Source: Eledone cirrhosa
Taxonomy: Eukaryota
Assembly (NCBI GenBank): GCA_964016885.1
Contig: OZ024747.1
Coordinates: 8,370,001-8,434,000, forward strand
Reading direction: 5' to 3'
Length of the DNA stretch: 64,000 nt
Below are positions 1 to 14,854 of this stretch, piece after piece. Within the stretch, counting starts at the first letter, position 1. Each line of letters starts with the position of its first letter. The position numbers were made by a program, and so were the translations under genes. The notes beneath the pieces are model-generated. The model made no database searches and was not told where the DNA came from. It saw nothing but the letters and a program-made list of their open reading frames with translations.

Positions 1-1235
1 GCATGTCATCCAACGCTCTACCGATACTGCCCTTCTAAAAGACAATAATACAAAGTATTTCATTTTAAAATTTGTGCGTGTTCTAATCTCATCGAAGGTA
101 CTGAGCTGGGCTGTTTCAACCATGCCTCTGCTTATTACTGGTTCATATCTTATTTTTGCTTAGAGTTGGCAGAGGTCACCCTTTTATAGAGAATAGATAT
201 CATTGTCTTAAATAAACTGGAAGACAAAATATATTGATGCAAGTTCATATCTTTGGCATCACAAAAATATAGTTTTCCTTTTTCATGAATTTGTATACAT
301 TGATAGATAAATTACAAAACACATTCATTCATAGACACGTACTTACATTAGTAGAAATACAGCCCAGAAGGGCTGTATTTCTGCTAGTTTCAGATATAGT
401 GTTGAGATATTCATATCTTCGAGGGCTTCATCATTTTTTGCCAACTAAACTGACATCATATAACTGTATTTCTTTTTTCTAAATATTTTTTTCTACATTA
501 AGTTGATCCAATGCTAATATTGTTGAGAATTCTGTATTTTTGAGTGGAGCCCTTTTTATAACAACCCCTACATCATAAAGGAAATCTTTCCTCTTCATTT
601 CATAAGTTGTTACCTAGTTTTTATCCTGCCAGCAAGTCTATGATTCAGAGTTAGTCATACCTACTTATACAACTTTGAAGGCCTAACACTGTCGATATAT
701 CTTAGAGCAAGTTAAGAATGATTAATCTAAACATATATGTATTATAAAGAAACTTTTGATATTTCAAGAATGTTACTTCTGAAGAAGCATTGAAATTACA
801 ACTGGAATTTCGTAGATGAAAACTTTGGGTACAAGTTGATATTTGGTTTAGGGTGTTTACTGAGAGTTAGTAGTTTGTTTGGAGCAATAACAGTCTTATC
901 TACATACCCCCCTCCCCACACACGCACATACACACACATGCACATACACACACGCACACACACACACACACAAACCTATAACTGTTATAAGCACTATCAT
1001 AAATGCAAACTGACTCCAATCCAACATTATCCACAAACCAATGAAATGTTATCAACACACATAATCCCAACCTAACTTATCACACACTACTTAAAACAAA
1101 TAAAAAAGCCATGAACTACATCCAGCAGAACCATACCCAAACACACACACCCATGCATAACAATAACCAAACCCATTCTAATTACTGGTACTAATGCATC
1201 AAATGTCATTAGACTGCAACCATCTTATCACATCA

Positions 1236-2073
<838 letters not shown>

Positions 2074-2280
2074 ATATATATATATATGTCTATATTGTAT
2101 CTGTATTTTTGACCATTGGTCAGTCAATGGCAACATTGAGGACCGAATAAATTAGATTACCGATATAAAAGACACAGAAGCGAAAAGCGAAAACCAACCA
2201 AACAGTGAGTGTGTTCTGTTATTAATTCTGGCAATATTACACAAATATGACCCTCCCCAAGTATAACAATATATATATAT

Positions 2281-2593
2281 ATCATCATCATCATCATCAT
2301 TTCATTTTACGTCCGCTTTTTCCCTGCTTGCAAGGGTGGGATGGGAACTGATTCTGGCTTGATTTCTACAGCTGGATGCCCTTCCTAACACCAACCTCAT
2401 TTACAGTGAGTGCTGGGTGCTTTTTTCCCGTGGCACCTCCACGTCCACTTTGCAGTGGAATGATAGGGACCCCAGTCCCTATCATCTCATTTCTACAGCT
2501 GAGTAAACTGGAGCAATGTGAAATAAAGTGTCTTGCTCAAGGAAACAACACATCACCCGGTCTGAGAATTGAACTCAACCTTTCGATTGCAAG
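2281..2593 (-). mobile_element. tRNA-derived SINE family 1 (LINE-like tail), head truncated
   Basis: Reverse complement matches 10783-11128. Confidence 0.85.
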
Positions 2594-2614
2594 ATATATA
2601 TATAATAATTACAC

Positions 2615-2645
<31 letters not shown>

Positions 2646-3445
2646 CACACACATACATATATATATATGTGTGTGTGTACACAAACATACACATATGTAG
2701 TTATATATTCCTCCCAAACTTAGTTTCAGTCTCTTGTCAGATTTTATTTTTCATTTTACTTACATCAACACATCAACACAGACTTTGAGAAAAGCAGGAA
2801 ATCTCAAATTCCAATTTCTTCTCTTCGAATTCCTGATTTCATGTTTATCTAACAGTTTATCATTGCTCTGTACTGACAGCACTTATTCAGACATCAACCA
2901 AATTAATTAGAACTTAGTATTGGAAATAAATTTCAATGGCTGACTTGGCTAAAACGTTCTCAGTGTAACAATAGTGACAAGCAAGTGTCTTTAATTTCAA
3001 TTATCAAACTTGCTATATTCATTTTAGCCATTGCTAGACAGTATAATTCACTATTATTTCAGTATTAAATATTTATTAGTATCACTTGACATTAGTATCA
3101 CTTGACAATGGTGGTAACTCTGTATCGTATAAAGAAGATACCAGAAAGTATTTCTGTCTTGTAAACTGTTTTCTAAAGTTTATGAAATTTATATATAAAA
3201 AATACTACAAGATTTTTTCTGTCTAGACGAATATATATATTTATACACATACACATACATACTCATATATATATATATATATGAATACATAAATATATAC
3301 ATACGCACGTTTGTGTGTGTGTGTATATATATTTATACACATACACATATACATATATACTCATATATATATATATATGAATACATAAATATATACATAC
3401 GCACGTGTGTGTGTGTGTATATATAGTTATATATATGTGTGTGTG

Positions 3446-3635
3446 TAGGAAAAGAGTCAGAACCCCGACGGCTGAGCTCCTGCTGTTTCGACAGCTAGAT
3501 CTGATCTAGCTGTTGAAACGGCCAGAGCTCAGCTGTCGGGGTCCTCACTCTTTTCCTATTACCTACTCTACAACCCTAAGTATCAAGTACTCTGGTACAT
3601 TATGGTCCACCTGGTTCCTTACCATACTTTATTTG

Positions 3636-3637
<2 letters not shown>
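3446..3637. mobile_element. Fold-back element: 56-bp inverted arms (3446-3558, centre 3502) plus unique tail
   Basis: taggaaaagagt...agctagatc T gatctagct...actcttttccta; flanked by TA/TG microsatellites; right arm similar to 54298-54345. Confidence 0.75.
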
Positions 3638-3687
<50 letters not shown>

Positions 3688-3747
3688 GTCCCACCCTTTC
3701 AAGCTGGGAAAAGCGGACGTAAAATGATGATGATGATATATATATAC

Positions 3748-3823
<76 letters not shown>

Positions 3824-3834
3824 CTATTTATAGT

Positions 3835-3869
<35 letters not shown>

Positions 3870-3886
3870 ATAATAATATTTATAGT

Positions 3887-3918
<32 letters not shown>

Positions 3919-4472
3919 CTATTTATAGTTATGTATATAGTATAAACAACTATAAACAGGAAGGTCAGTAATTTCTTAATTACCTTATTACCAGTAAGGG
4001 AAATAGCTCAATGTATGAACATCAGTTGTTTTACAGAGCAGTTAAATAAATAAATTGTACATTAACATATTTGCTTCAACTGCAGTATTTATTCATCTAT
4101 ATATGCATAATAGCTTTGCTTGTCTCCTTCTCATGTATATGACTTACGCAGTCACACTATCCACACGCCTGCATATGATTTGTTATCGCACTCTTCCTTT
4201 CTCAAAACTGCTTTCTCAATGACTCTTTAATATTTGGACTATTCCCTTGTTTTAACTGTTGCATGTATTCCACTCCGTGCTTTTGATTTTGATTTTAATT
4301 TTTATTTGAATTTGAACTTGAATGTTTGTACAATTATTGTACAATTCTCGCAAAATATATGTCACATCCATTCCACCCTGTAAATACGAAACTGTTGCTC
4401 ACAACATCAATTTATATGTATCTATATTATTGTTCAGTTGGATAGGAGGATAATTATATGTGCAAACATTGA

Positions 4473-4526
4473 TAATGCTCCGATGACTCCAAACGCAAGT
4501 TTCGAAGAAACGATTGTCAGCTATTA
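4473..4526 (+). ncRNA. Degenerate type I hammerhead ribozyme motif, family C (CCGATGA core)
   Basis: TAATGCT-CCGATGA-ctccAAAC gcaa GTTTcgaa-GAAA-CGATTG-TC^AGCTATTA; homologous with its flanks to 48646-48698. Confidence 0.6.
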
Positions 4527-5629
4527 AATGATTTGAACACAACTTTGATAATTGTATAATTTATTTATATATATTAATATATATTCTAATACTCATCATC
4601 AAACAAAATAGATGCCAATGTGACTATATGGTTAAGAAATTCACCTTGCAACTGCGTACCTTCAGATTTCATTTAACTATGTGAAACCTTGTGCAAGTAT
4701 CTTTTAAACAGGTTGCCTTCAGTAAGGCTTGCACAGCCTCACGTCTTCTCAGATTAAAGGATAAATGTAAAAATATGAAAAGTCTTTTCTCTTTCTCCCC
4801 TTCTTTCTCTCTCATCTCTCCCTCCCTCACTGTCTCACCTCTTCTTTCTCTCTCCTCTCTCCTTCTTGCATCTGCTCTCTCTCTGTCCTTCTTTCTCTCT
4901 CCTCTCTCCTCTTTTTTCTCTTTCCTCTCCCTCCTTTTTCTCTCTCTTTCTCATTTTTATCATTGCTTACCCCAGTATTCTGGTATGTACTAAACAAACA
5001 CACAACTCAAACATGATTGATTTAATAACACACCCACATACACACATGAAGTCAATATATGTTTAAAGAGTGTTAGCAGCACAAGAAACTTTTTTCCCCC
5101 TCTCCCCTTCCATATTTTACTTCAAAGTAATTCTCCAATGATAAGTTTGCCAAAGCCGTTATTTAACATCAATTTTTCATTCAACAGAAGCAGAATATCT
5201 ACAATAATAATGATCCAATTTCTATCTATTTTTATTGACCCAAACGAATTATATCGAATATTTATGAAATATATCCATCAAATATCACTGAATATTTTAA
5301 TCCATTTACATTAAGATATTTTAAAAATATATTTGATTATTGATTTGCCTGGTGGCTTTCCATGAAATTATGATCTGAAATATATTGATTCGTTTTTAAG
5401 CACATACTTTCAGATTTATGGCATGGAGAAGAAAGGGGATTTTCAGAAATACTCATAACCTTTTTCAAATACATGTATAAGTAAAGTGGAGCTACTTCAA
5501 CTGGGATTGGAAATTATCATTTTCAGAACTTCTCTCTGTTCTACAATCTAACAACAAAAATATCAAGAGTTTCATGGTAATCTTGACCAATAAATCAGGG
5601 GTTAGCAGTGTGACTCCCTTGACATATCG

Positions 5630-6300
5630 TTGTCACCATCATCACTGTTTAATGTCCATCTTCCATGCTTGCATGGGTTAGGCAAGTTGTTATATAATGA
5701 GTCTAGTCAAGTTAGGTGACCACTTCTTGCTCATACAGAGGTCTTTGGGGCTTGGTTTTCTACGACTGGAGACCCTTCCTAATGCCAAACATTATTTTGT
5801 GTACTGGGAGCTTTTCGTGTGGCACTACCATTACTGCTTTACAGAGTGGACTGGGGGCTTTTTGTTGTGGTAGTGGTATGACCACCTTACAGAGTAGATA
5901 GTACTTTTTTGGTCATGGCACCTGCACAACCACCTTACATGATGGATTGGGAGTATTTTGTTATGGCACATATATAGCCACCTTACATGGTGCGCTGTGC
6001 TCTTTTGTCATGACATCAGCACAAATACTTTACAAGGTAGACTGGGTAGTTTGTCTTGGCACTAGCACTGTGAGAGAGCAGGTGTATAGTATGTCTGGCT
6101 TCCCATGCTACTTACTCTCCTGTGCAATCTACCACACTCAAAGCCTCTGTCCTTTATTAGCTTTATTAGCCAGTAGGCAACATGAAGGTCGCTGGCCTGT
6201 CTGAGAGGTCAGTTGCTTTGCTTGAGTTCTGACTTGGTCTGTGAAGACCCATCAAATCCTTGGTAGCAGAAAAATAGATGATAAATGATGATGTTGATGA
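5630..6300. mobile_element. Old LINE-3'UTR/SINE-derived fragments with about 48-bp internal repeats
   Basis: tttaatgtccatcttccatgcttgcatgggttag tail and cccttcctaatgcc motif on the minus strand; diverged repeat units. Confidence 0.55.
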
Positions 6301-6512
6301 TATATATATGTGTATGTGTACATATGTTTATATATTTATATATATATATATATAAACATATGTACACATACACAGATTTATGTACTATGTCTACGTGCGT
6401 GTATGTATGTGTATATTTATGTGTGTGTGTCTGTGTGTTAACGACAAGTAAAGAAGTCGTTAAACCAGACAATGATGATGATGCATGTATGTGTATGAAT
6501 TTATGTATGTAA

Positions 6513-6545
<33 letters not shown>

Positions 6546-6549
<4 letters not shown>

Positions 6550-6886
6550 ATGGACCCCAGTCCCTATCATCTCATTTCTACAGCTGAGTAAACTTGAGCA
6601 ATGTGAAATAAAATGTCTTGTGTTGTTTCCTTGAGCAAGACAATCTATTTCACATTGCTCCAGTTTACTCAGCTGTAGAAATGAGATGATAGGGACTGGG
6701 GTCCATATCATTCCACTGCAAAAGTGGTCGTGGAGGTGCCATGGCAAAAAAGCACCCAGCACTCATTGTAAATAAGGTTGGTGTTAGAAGAGCATCCACC
6801 TGTAGAAATCAAGCCAAAATCAGTTCCTGTCCCACCCTTGCAAACAGGGAAAAAGCAGACGTAAAATGAAATGATGATGATGATGA
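6546..6886 (+). mobile_element. SINE family 1 copy with a 5' inverted duplication
   Basis: 6621-6886 matches the SINE body and tail; 6546-6620 is the reverse complement of about 6636-6710. Confidence 0.85.
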
Positions 6887-7929
6887 TATATATATATGAG
6901 TATGTGAGTATGTATGTGCGTATGTATGTGCGTATGTATGTGCGTATGTATGCATGTATATTCTTTTGATATATAAACTAAAGGGAGTGGCAAACCAAAT
7001 TGACAATGTTTGGACACCTCTGCTAATGCAGAGATGTTTAAAGGGAAAAGAAGAAAATAGAAGACATGCTCTTAAGTGCATGGGAAGAACAAAAACAAAA
7101 CAAAATACACGAGAGAAGTAAAAGACAGTCTGAAAGCATGGTATGCTATTGGTCCTAAAGGCAATAAAATACATCTGATATGCTGAGATATTTTTGTTAA
7201 GAAAAATATAGAAATGGAACGTTTTCAGGCTATAGAAAAATATTCTAGCATCTTGAAAGCTTCCAAAATTATACATGGAAACGAAAATCAAAAAGAAATC
7301 TCCACCACAAATATTGGTTTCTATGACAACTGTGTATGTCCCTCGTCTCTCTCTTTGTGCTGTGCTAAAAAAAATAAAAGCTTTTCCACTCCTTTTTTCC
7401 AAATATATATGCAAACGTTTGTTCATTCTGCAGGTGAATATAGCTATATGTGTACACATGCATGTGTGTATGTACGTGTGTACTGGCATTTTTTTATGTG
7501 TGGTAGTTGTTTTAATTATCTGCAAAAACATCTTAACTGAAAACATACTACTTAGGACTAAAGCTATGTACCTCTGGAGAATCAAATATTACTATTTTGG
7601 ATAGCTTAAAAAACAGAAGTTTGGTTTTCAGTGCAAAGAGATTCACTAAAGAATTTTTTGTACAAAGTTCCATATTCCATATGCATAAAGAATAAATGAC
7701 AAACCATTCGATGATAATATGTGCTAAAAGTTTGTTTTCCCTTCATATTGGGAGGGTTGGATATAAGACTGGGAAGCTGTCTCCTGGGATGAAGTTATTA
7801 TGCTGAGGTAGAAAGAGTTTTGACTCTTAACATCCTGTAATGATTTAGCAGAAAATAGCTAAAAATGGGTTTCCTAATTTAACTGTGTATAGCATCTTTA
7901 CTAGCCAACAAATCATTGTCAAAGTTTAC

Positions 7930-8106
7930 GTGGATTGGCAGTATTGGTAGAGGGTCGGACACCATGCTTTGACACCCTTGCGGCCCTTTATGATCTGAGT
8001 TCAAATCCCGCAGAGGTTAACTTTGCCTTTCATCCTTACGGGGTCGATAAAATAAAGTACCAGTAATGCACTGGGTATTGCTGACCTTGTGCCAAAAGTA
8101 GAAACA
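7930..8106 (+). mobile_element. tRNA-derived SINE family 2
   Basis: A-box-like tggcagtattggtag, B-box gagttcaaatcc, core tttgcctttcatccttacggggtcgataaaataaagtaccag; many copies in the window. Confidence 0.85.
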
Positions 8107-8286
8107 TTTCTTAGCAGCTAGTAATGATTTAGCATAAAATATCTATAAACGGGTTTGTTAATTTAAATGTTTATAGCATAATTACTAGTGGACAGATCTT
8201 TGTAAACAGTTGCAATATTTATTGGGAATCCTAACACAAGAATTTTCAGCAAAAATCCTCTCATCAATGTTCTACAAATGGTGTCA

Positions 8287-8538
8287 ACCCTTTTAATGAC
8301 AAACCACGAGTTCATCAGTTGTTTCTGATATAAAGCCATGTTTTCAAATGTTTATATTTATCTTAGAGCCTTCCATCAAAATTTTATGTAAGACCCATTA
8401 AATTGTTTTCCAAACACCAGCTTAATAATAAAAAAGTTAGTTGTATTACTAAATCCCTCCAAAATCTTGATTATTTTCAAATTTATTTGAAAACCATAGG
8501 CAGTGTATTTCATTAGAAATATGATAACAAAAAGGTTA
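8287..8538 (-). mobile_element. piggyBac-like MITE family P1
   Basis: aacccttt...aaaggttaa termini; reverse complement of 22294-22557; more copies near 11400, 12720, 22100, 31060, 34690, 42850, 52490. Confidence 0.65.
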
Positions 8539-10199
8539 AAGCATTTATATTTATCTAAAAATTTAACATAAGAATCTTTAAGCTATGTTTCAAACACTAA
8601 ATAAAATATGAAAGTTTTATTTTCTAAGTTCCTCCAAATTCTTGGTTATTTTCAAAACAAATGGAAAATATTTTAAAAAATAAGGCAGTGTCTTTTATTA
8701 GAAATAAGGAAAGAAATGGTGGTAATACAATACTATTTTCAGTCTTTCAAAATTATTTTTGGTCTCACAAACAACAACAATGGAAAGATTTTAAGGACAA
8801 AGCAAACTGGCAGGAGATCTAGAGGTACACTACAAGCAAGATGGTTGGATAACATCCATGAGCTTGGATGGTCACACTCGAAGAGAGAGGTCTCTAACCT
8901 ACCCTCTTCCAATCTTCACAGGAATAAGTGGGCAATGAAGAAATATTCTGTAAATTCTTATACTCTATTTGCATGTATTCTTTCTTACAGGCAAATAAAC
9001 TAGTCTTTACTTTAGTTTATTGACTATATTAACAAATATCTAGTATAGATACTATAAATATTTCTAAGATATTCTCTGTTAAATTATTACAGGATGTTAA
9101 GAGATGATACTGCACATTTTTATGACACTCTCTCATTTCTCAACACCAATTAATGTTTATTTTACTAATATTCTATATAGTAAGCTAGTTGCTACAGCAC
9201 CAGCAAGTGATAATGAAGGCCATATTTCTGATAATGAGGACTAATAGGACATAAAGGTTTGAAGTTGTCTTCCTTACTTGCTCAGCAAAAATAATAACTA
9301 ACCCCAAATATTTATCCTAATCTCTGCATTTAACCCTATTGTGGTTATTTCTGGTATTGAAAATATCATTAATAATCAATAAAACTCCCACCTTTTTATT
9401 AAGAGATAATGAGTTATGGTGAATATATGCAGCCCAAGTTTTGAATTGTTTCTCAAAGAATTTGATGTCATAAAACTAAATTCTGGTTTATTTATGGCAA
9501 TGAAAAGTATTTTGAAATAAATCACAAAATCTTCAAGGATTCTAAATATTTAAACATTTTCTTTTGTTTTTGTTTTTATTTTTTAAATTTAATTTTATGA
9601 ATCTCTTTGTTCTGAGAAGAAAGAGTTGTTATCATGCAATGAATTACAGAGATGACCTAATATTGATTAAAATTTAATCATTCGTTAAAGAAGATAATTA
9701 TTATAAAAATTATCCATATTTGTTTGCAGAAAAATGAAAGAAAAAGAAATTTATTTTGGATCACAAATACGATGTAGTGTTGAGAATGTAATCATTCTTC
9801 TTTAAGTAAGCTCATTATAGTAAAATGGATCCATTCTTTGTGTTCTTTTTGCTTTGTTCTGTAAGTTAAAAAATATTTTACAAGATGGATCAAAAGTGAT
9901 TATTGAACATTATGGAAAATTTGATTATCTTTGTATAATTAATTAAAGATCATTGATTTAATTTTCTTGATTTATTTTCTTTTCCAAAATCCACCTATTT
10001 GTTGGGAGAAATATAGTTTGTTAAATTAACTTTTGTACATCCTTAATATATATTTCATGGACTATAGAAGGTTGGAAGAAAAAGCTGATTCCACCAGTGT
10101 CTCTCAACTAATTTTGTTCCAGGCCCCACTTTAATCCCCCCACCAAACACATAAAAAAAATGCGCAACTCAGCTTGATTGGAAAAGGGTAGTGTGTATG

Positions 10200-10264
<65 letters not shown>

Positions 10265-10289
10265 TAGTTGTTGTTTGTTCTTTGGAAAT

Positions 10290-10761
10290 CGAAGATGACC
10301 ATGTCTTCAATGTTGGGTGGGGATCTTTCACTGTGGGTCTAGAGGTAACTGTATATATAGTATAGTATATAGTATATTTGTTGTGTTGTTCATCCTTCCA
10401 AGTTGAATATGACCAGAGGTGACTGGGTGAGGCCAATCAAAGCCCAGAAAACATACACACGTGTGCAGGCACATGTGGGTTAGTGCTACTGTGGAAGTTA
10501 ATGTGGCTCATACCTCATGTGGACCATTTCTTCTGAGCCTCTGCTTCATGTGTTCCCTCAAAGATTTTGCTTCACCAGGATGAGCGATTTAGGGCAAATG
10601 ATTTCCAGCTGAGATTGATGCTGAGGTCGTTGGGGTAACACTTTTGGACTGTCTTTGAAACATTCCTTCTATTCTACTGACTGTGTGCTTTCCCTGGCTC
10701 AGCTCTTTATACAGTAGCTGGTTCAATCATCTGCTGTCAGGCATCCTGATAACATGACCAG
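10290..10761 (-). pseudogene. Degenerate RTE-1/BovB-like LINE 3' fragment
   Basis: Minus strand reads GHVIRMPDSR*LNQLLYKELSQGK; homologous to 22610-23420. Confidence 0.75.
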
Positions 10762-10782
10762 TATATAACAATATATATATGC

Positions 10783-11128
10783 AGGCACATGGCTTAGTGG
10801 TTAGAGCATTGGCCTTGCAATCGAAAGGTTGTGAGTTCAATTCTCAGACCGGGTGATGTGTTGTTTCCTTGAGCAAGACACTTTATTTCACATTGCTCCA
10901 GTTTACTCAGCTGTAGAAATGGGATGATAGGGACTGGGGTCCCTATCATTCCACTGCAAAGTGGTCGTGGAGGTGCCACGGCAAAAAAGCACCCAGCACT
11001 CACTGTAAATGAGGTTGGTGTTAGGAAGGGCATCCAGCTGTAGAAATCAAGCCAGAATCAGTTCCCGTCCCACCCTTACAAGCAGGGAAAAGTGGACGTA
11101 AAATGAAATGATGATGATGAAATGATGA
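10783..11128 (+). mobile_element. Full-length tRNA-derived SINE family 1
   Basis: A box tggcttagtggttag, B box gagttcaattc, central ccttgagcaagacacttt domain, 3' part shared with the RTE 3'UTR, (GAT)n tail. Confidence 0.9.
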
Positions 11129-13482
11129 TATGCCTCATTTTGAAGTATTACACCTCATCTTAAGAAATGTTGGTTTAAACAGTAATTGTTTAAATATATT
11201 TCATCCAGCAATATAGACGTGTATTCCATTTCACCTATTTGTAGAATCATAAATTTTTGTGACATCAATATTTGGCTTTTTCTCACTCTTCTCATATCAT
11301 CAATGACAAATCATTTGCCATTCTGAACTATCTGGATCAGTTAGTATCTTCAACCAGGCTGGCGCTATCATTAGGCAATACTTAAGCTGTTCACCATTTC
11401 GTTTACCCTATTTCTAATAAAAGACACTACCTATGATTTTCAAATAATTAGGAAAATAACCAAAGATTTGGAGGAATTTAGTAATATAACCAATTTTGTC
11501 ATTATTAAGCTGGTGTTTGAAATTATAGTGGAAAGATTTTAGATAAAAATGAACACTTTAAAATAAACAGTTTTGTATCATAAAAATAGGGGTGGTGTCA
11601 GCTGGTTGGGGCTGGGTGGTGGAGGGGTTGTAGGCTAATTATGTCAGTTTTGTCAATCAGTTTAATTTTTGTATTTAGTGCTAGAGACATCTTCTGTGGA
11701 AGCCATGTAATTATGTCAGTTTAATTGCTATATTCACTGCTAGTGAGATCCTCATAGAAAGCTATCCAGTACAGAGCAAAATATCTCCATGTTAAATAAG
11801 AATGAAACTGAATATAGAGGAGATACAGATATGCCAAGCCTAAGGAGTAGGTAGCTTACAGAACTCTTTGTTATAGCATCTACATCAGTTTTATTGACCA
11901 ATTAAGATGACCAGCCACCTGCAAGATACAATACTTGATGACAGTACAGACAAAGAAATTGACAATCTGTTGTTATTTGAAAAGCATTCTGAATAAACCA
12001 AACAAAATTCTCAGCTACAGTAAAATATTGATTTAAAAATAAGTTAATGTCTTGTGCCTTTGTGTTTAAGATGTTTCACTCACAGTCATATGATCATGGG
12101 TTCAATTCCTGGATTGGGCAGCATATATTTTTTAGCAGGACCCTTCATTTCATATTGCTTTCCATGAGAAGACTAGGTCCCCTATCATTAAAGCTTTCAA
12201 GAAATTTTCTACGAAAAAATGTAACTTTGTAGGAGGCCAACTAAACCTACATAAGTGTCAGCTGTAAATTTCATTTCGTTTCTTCTAAAGTAGCGTAAAT
12301 GTTGGTTCTAAACCATTTTTTCTTATTTATGTTTCTTTTGCTTCTTGTTTTTCTACTCTTTTTCTTTCTCTCTATCTTGTTTGTTTTTTTTTGCTTTTTT
12401 AGTTGTAAGGGGTAAAAGACACCTCTCCTAGTTTGTCATGGCTTATAAGCTCCATACGGATGTTTAACTCGATTAAATATAAAAAAATTTCTAAAATAGT
12501 TGCTCTTTTGGTTTTAAAAAATTAGTTGTATTTTTTAAATGTTTCTACTGCCAATTCCACTAACTTCATTATATTTAAGAAATATGGAAATCAACAATTC
12601 ATTAATTCTATGGTTTATTCCTAAGAAGCTTAATTTTTAATTTTTTTTCATGGCCATTTTTGTTATATTCTCCATCACAAGATTCCTCAAATAACTAAGA
12701 TTTCTTCCATGTTGTTAACTCTTCTGAAACCACCCCTGCTTCTGTGACAGAAAACTGTTTGTCTTAGTGTTAATATTTAAACCTAACTCTTCCATCAATA
12801 TTTTACCTTTGTTAAGTTGTTTCAAACACCAAATTAATAATAAATACAATAATTGTATGACTAAAATCCTCCAAATTCTTGATTTCTGGGGTTTTTTTCA
12901 AAATAAGCAGTGATTTTCATTAGAAATGTGGTAACGAAAGGGTTAAACTGTTGTGGATGACAGTGAAATAAAATAAAGTAAAAAAGTATGAAGGCATCAA
13001 CACAACACACTGCTCTAATCTGTTGTTGGTTTAAATGATAATTTTAGCTATTGTTATCTGATCGATGTCGATATAAAGTATTCATCATCATTATCATCAT
13101 TTTACATCTGCCTGCCATGCTAGCATGGGTTAGACAGGTTGTAACAGTTTGAGACTAGGCAAACCTGAGAGACCTCATCCTGCTCATAGGTTATTTAGAA
13201 TGGTTTCTATGTTTGGTTGTATCATTTCTATGGCTGGTTGCATGGTTTCTATGGCTGGCTGCCCTTCCTAATACTAACCACCTCACCAAGTATACAGGGT
13301 GTGTTTTATCATGGCACCAGCATTAACACTCACTTTACACATAAATCCAGGAGCCAAATATTTAAAGAAGTTATAAATACAAAGCAGAGTGATAGCTTGT
13401 CTCTCTCTGCTTAAATAGAATGTTAGACAGCGAAAGGATGATGAAACTGGCTTGCAGTTAAAATTTACTCAAGTCTATTAAG

Positions 13483-13830
13483 GGGAATGTTGCATGGCTG
13501 AATGGTTGAGGAGGTAGCTTTGCTATCATTAACTCACTGGTTTGATTTCATTGCATGACATCTTGAGTGAGTGTCATTTACCATAGCCTGGGGTTGACCT
13601 ATGTCTTGGGAGTGAAACTGGAGAGAAGGAAATTGTATAGAAGCTTGTCAAAGGGACAAGGGTCAACCATGTCATATACTGTGACATGCCGAATCACCCT
13701 CAGAATTATGTTAAGGACACACATGTCTGTAGAATGCTCAGCCACTTACATGTTAATTCTAGGAACAAGTTACTCAGTTGATCGAACAACTGAAACGCTC
13801 ATCATTAAATCTGGTGGAGGTCCATTCCAT
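13483..13830 (+). mobile_element. tRNA-derived SINE family 3 (diverged)
   Basis: Homologous to 32568-32930; partial minus-strand copy at 47680-47915. Confidence 0.7.
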
Positions 13831-14196
13831 TCTGTTATGACTTGAAGGCAGATAAAAATTTATTGACAAAATAATAACTAAATTTACTACAGAAATACCT
13901 CTTTTATTTTTTAATCTAGAAAACTGCAATGGAAAGTTCTGGCAAAGAAACTGTACAGATGCCCCAGGGATTCACTGACAAAAATTAATTTTCATTTTTT
14001 CATTTTATTTTATGAAAAAAAAACGAAAAATAGCTCATAAATTTGTTTAATGCTCACTTTGTTAAATTGCTCATTAAGTTTGAATTAATTTCAGTCTCAG
14101 TTTTACATAGGAGCAAACATATTTTTCAATTTGTTTTATGATTTTTATTTATTATGTATCATTGATTTCTCAAAATCCCTATATTTCCATATATAC

Positions 14197-14210
14197 ATGA
14201 TGATGATGAT

Positions 14211-14250
<40 letters not shown>

Positions 14251-14327
14251 ATGTGTATATATATATATATATATGTGTATGTGTATATATATATGTGTAT
14301 ATATGTATATGTGTGTGTGTGTATGTG

Positions 14328-14368
<41 letters not shown>

Positions 14369-14461
14369 GTATATATATATGTGTATATATATGTGTGCGT
14401 ATGTGTATATATATGTGTATATATCTATATATATATATGTGTGTGTATATGTGTATATATA

Positions 14462-14494
<33 letters not shown>

Positions 14495-14628
14495 GTGTAT
14501 ATATGTATATATATACGTGTGTGTATGTGTATATATGTGTATATATATATATATGAATATGTGTGTGTATATACACATATGTATATGTGCATAAATATAT
14601 GTGTGTGTGTATATGTATATATGCTTAT

Positions 14629-14659
<31 letters not shown>

Positions 14660-14788
14660 ATGAGTAGAAAGCTGTTAGTTACTACTCAAAAAATAAAATT
14701 TATACACTACTTACATATATTGAGAGTGCACATTCAGCTAATGTGTGAAAGTTTTAAGTACTATGTTATTTTAAACACCCTTTCCTAC

Positions 14789-14850
<62 letters not shown>
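14197..14850. repeat. Compound (TA)/(TG) microsatellite
   Basis: Visible dinucleotide low complexity. Confidence 0.9.

Positions 14851-14854
<4 letters not shown>

Noticed and set aside
10783-10855. tRNA gene
   Set aside because: It has A/B boxes but no complete cloverleaf and continues into a SINE body.
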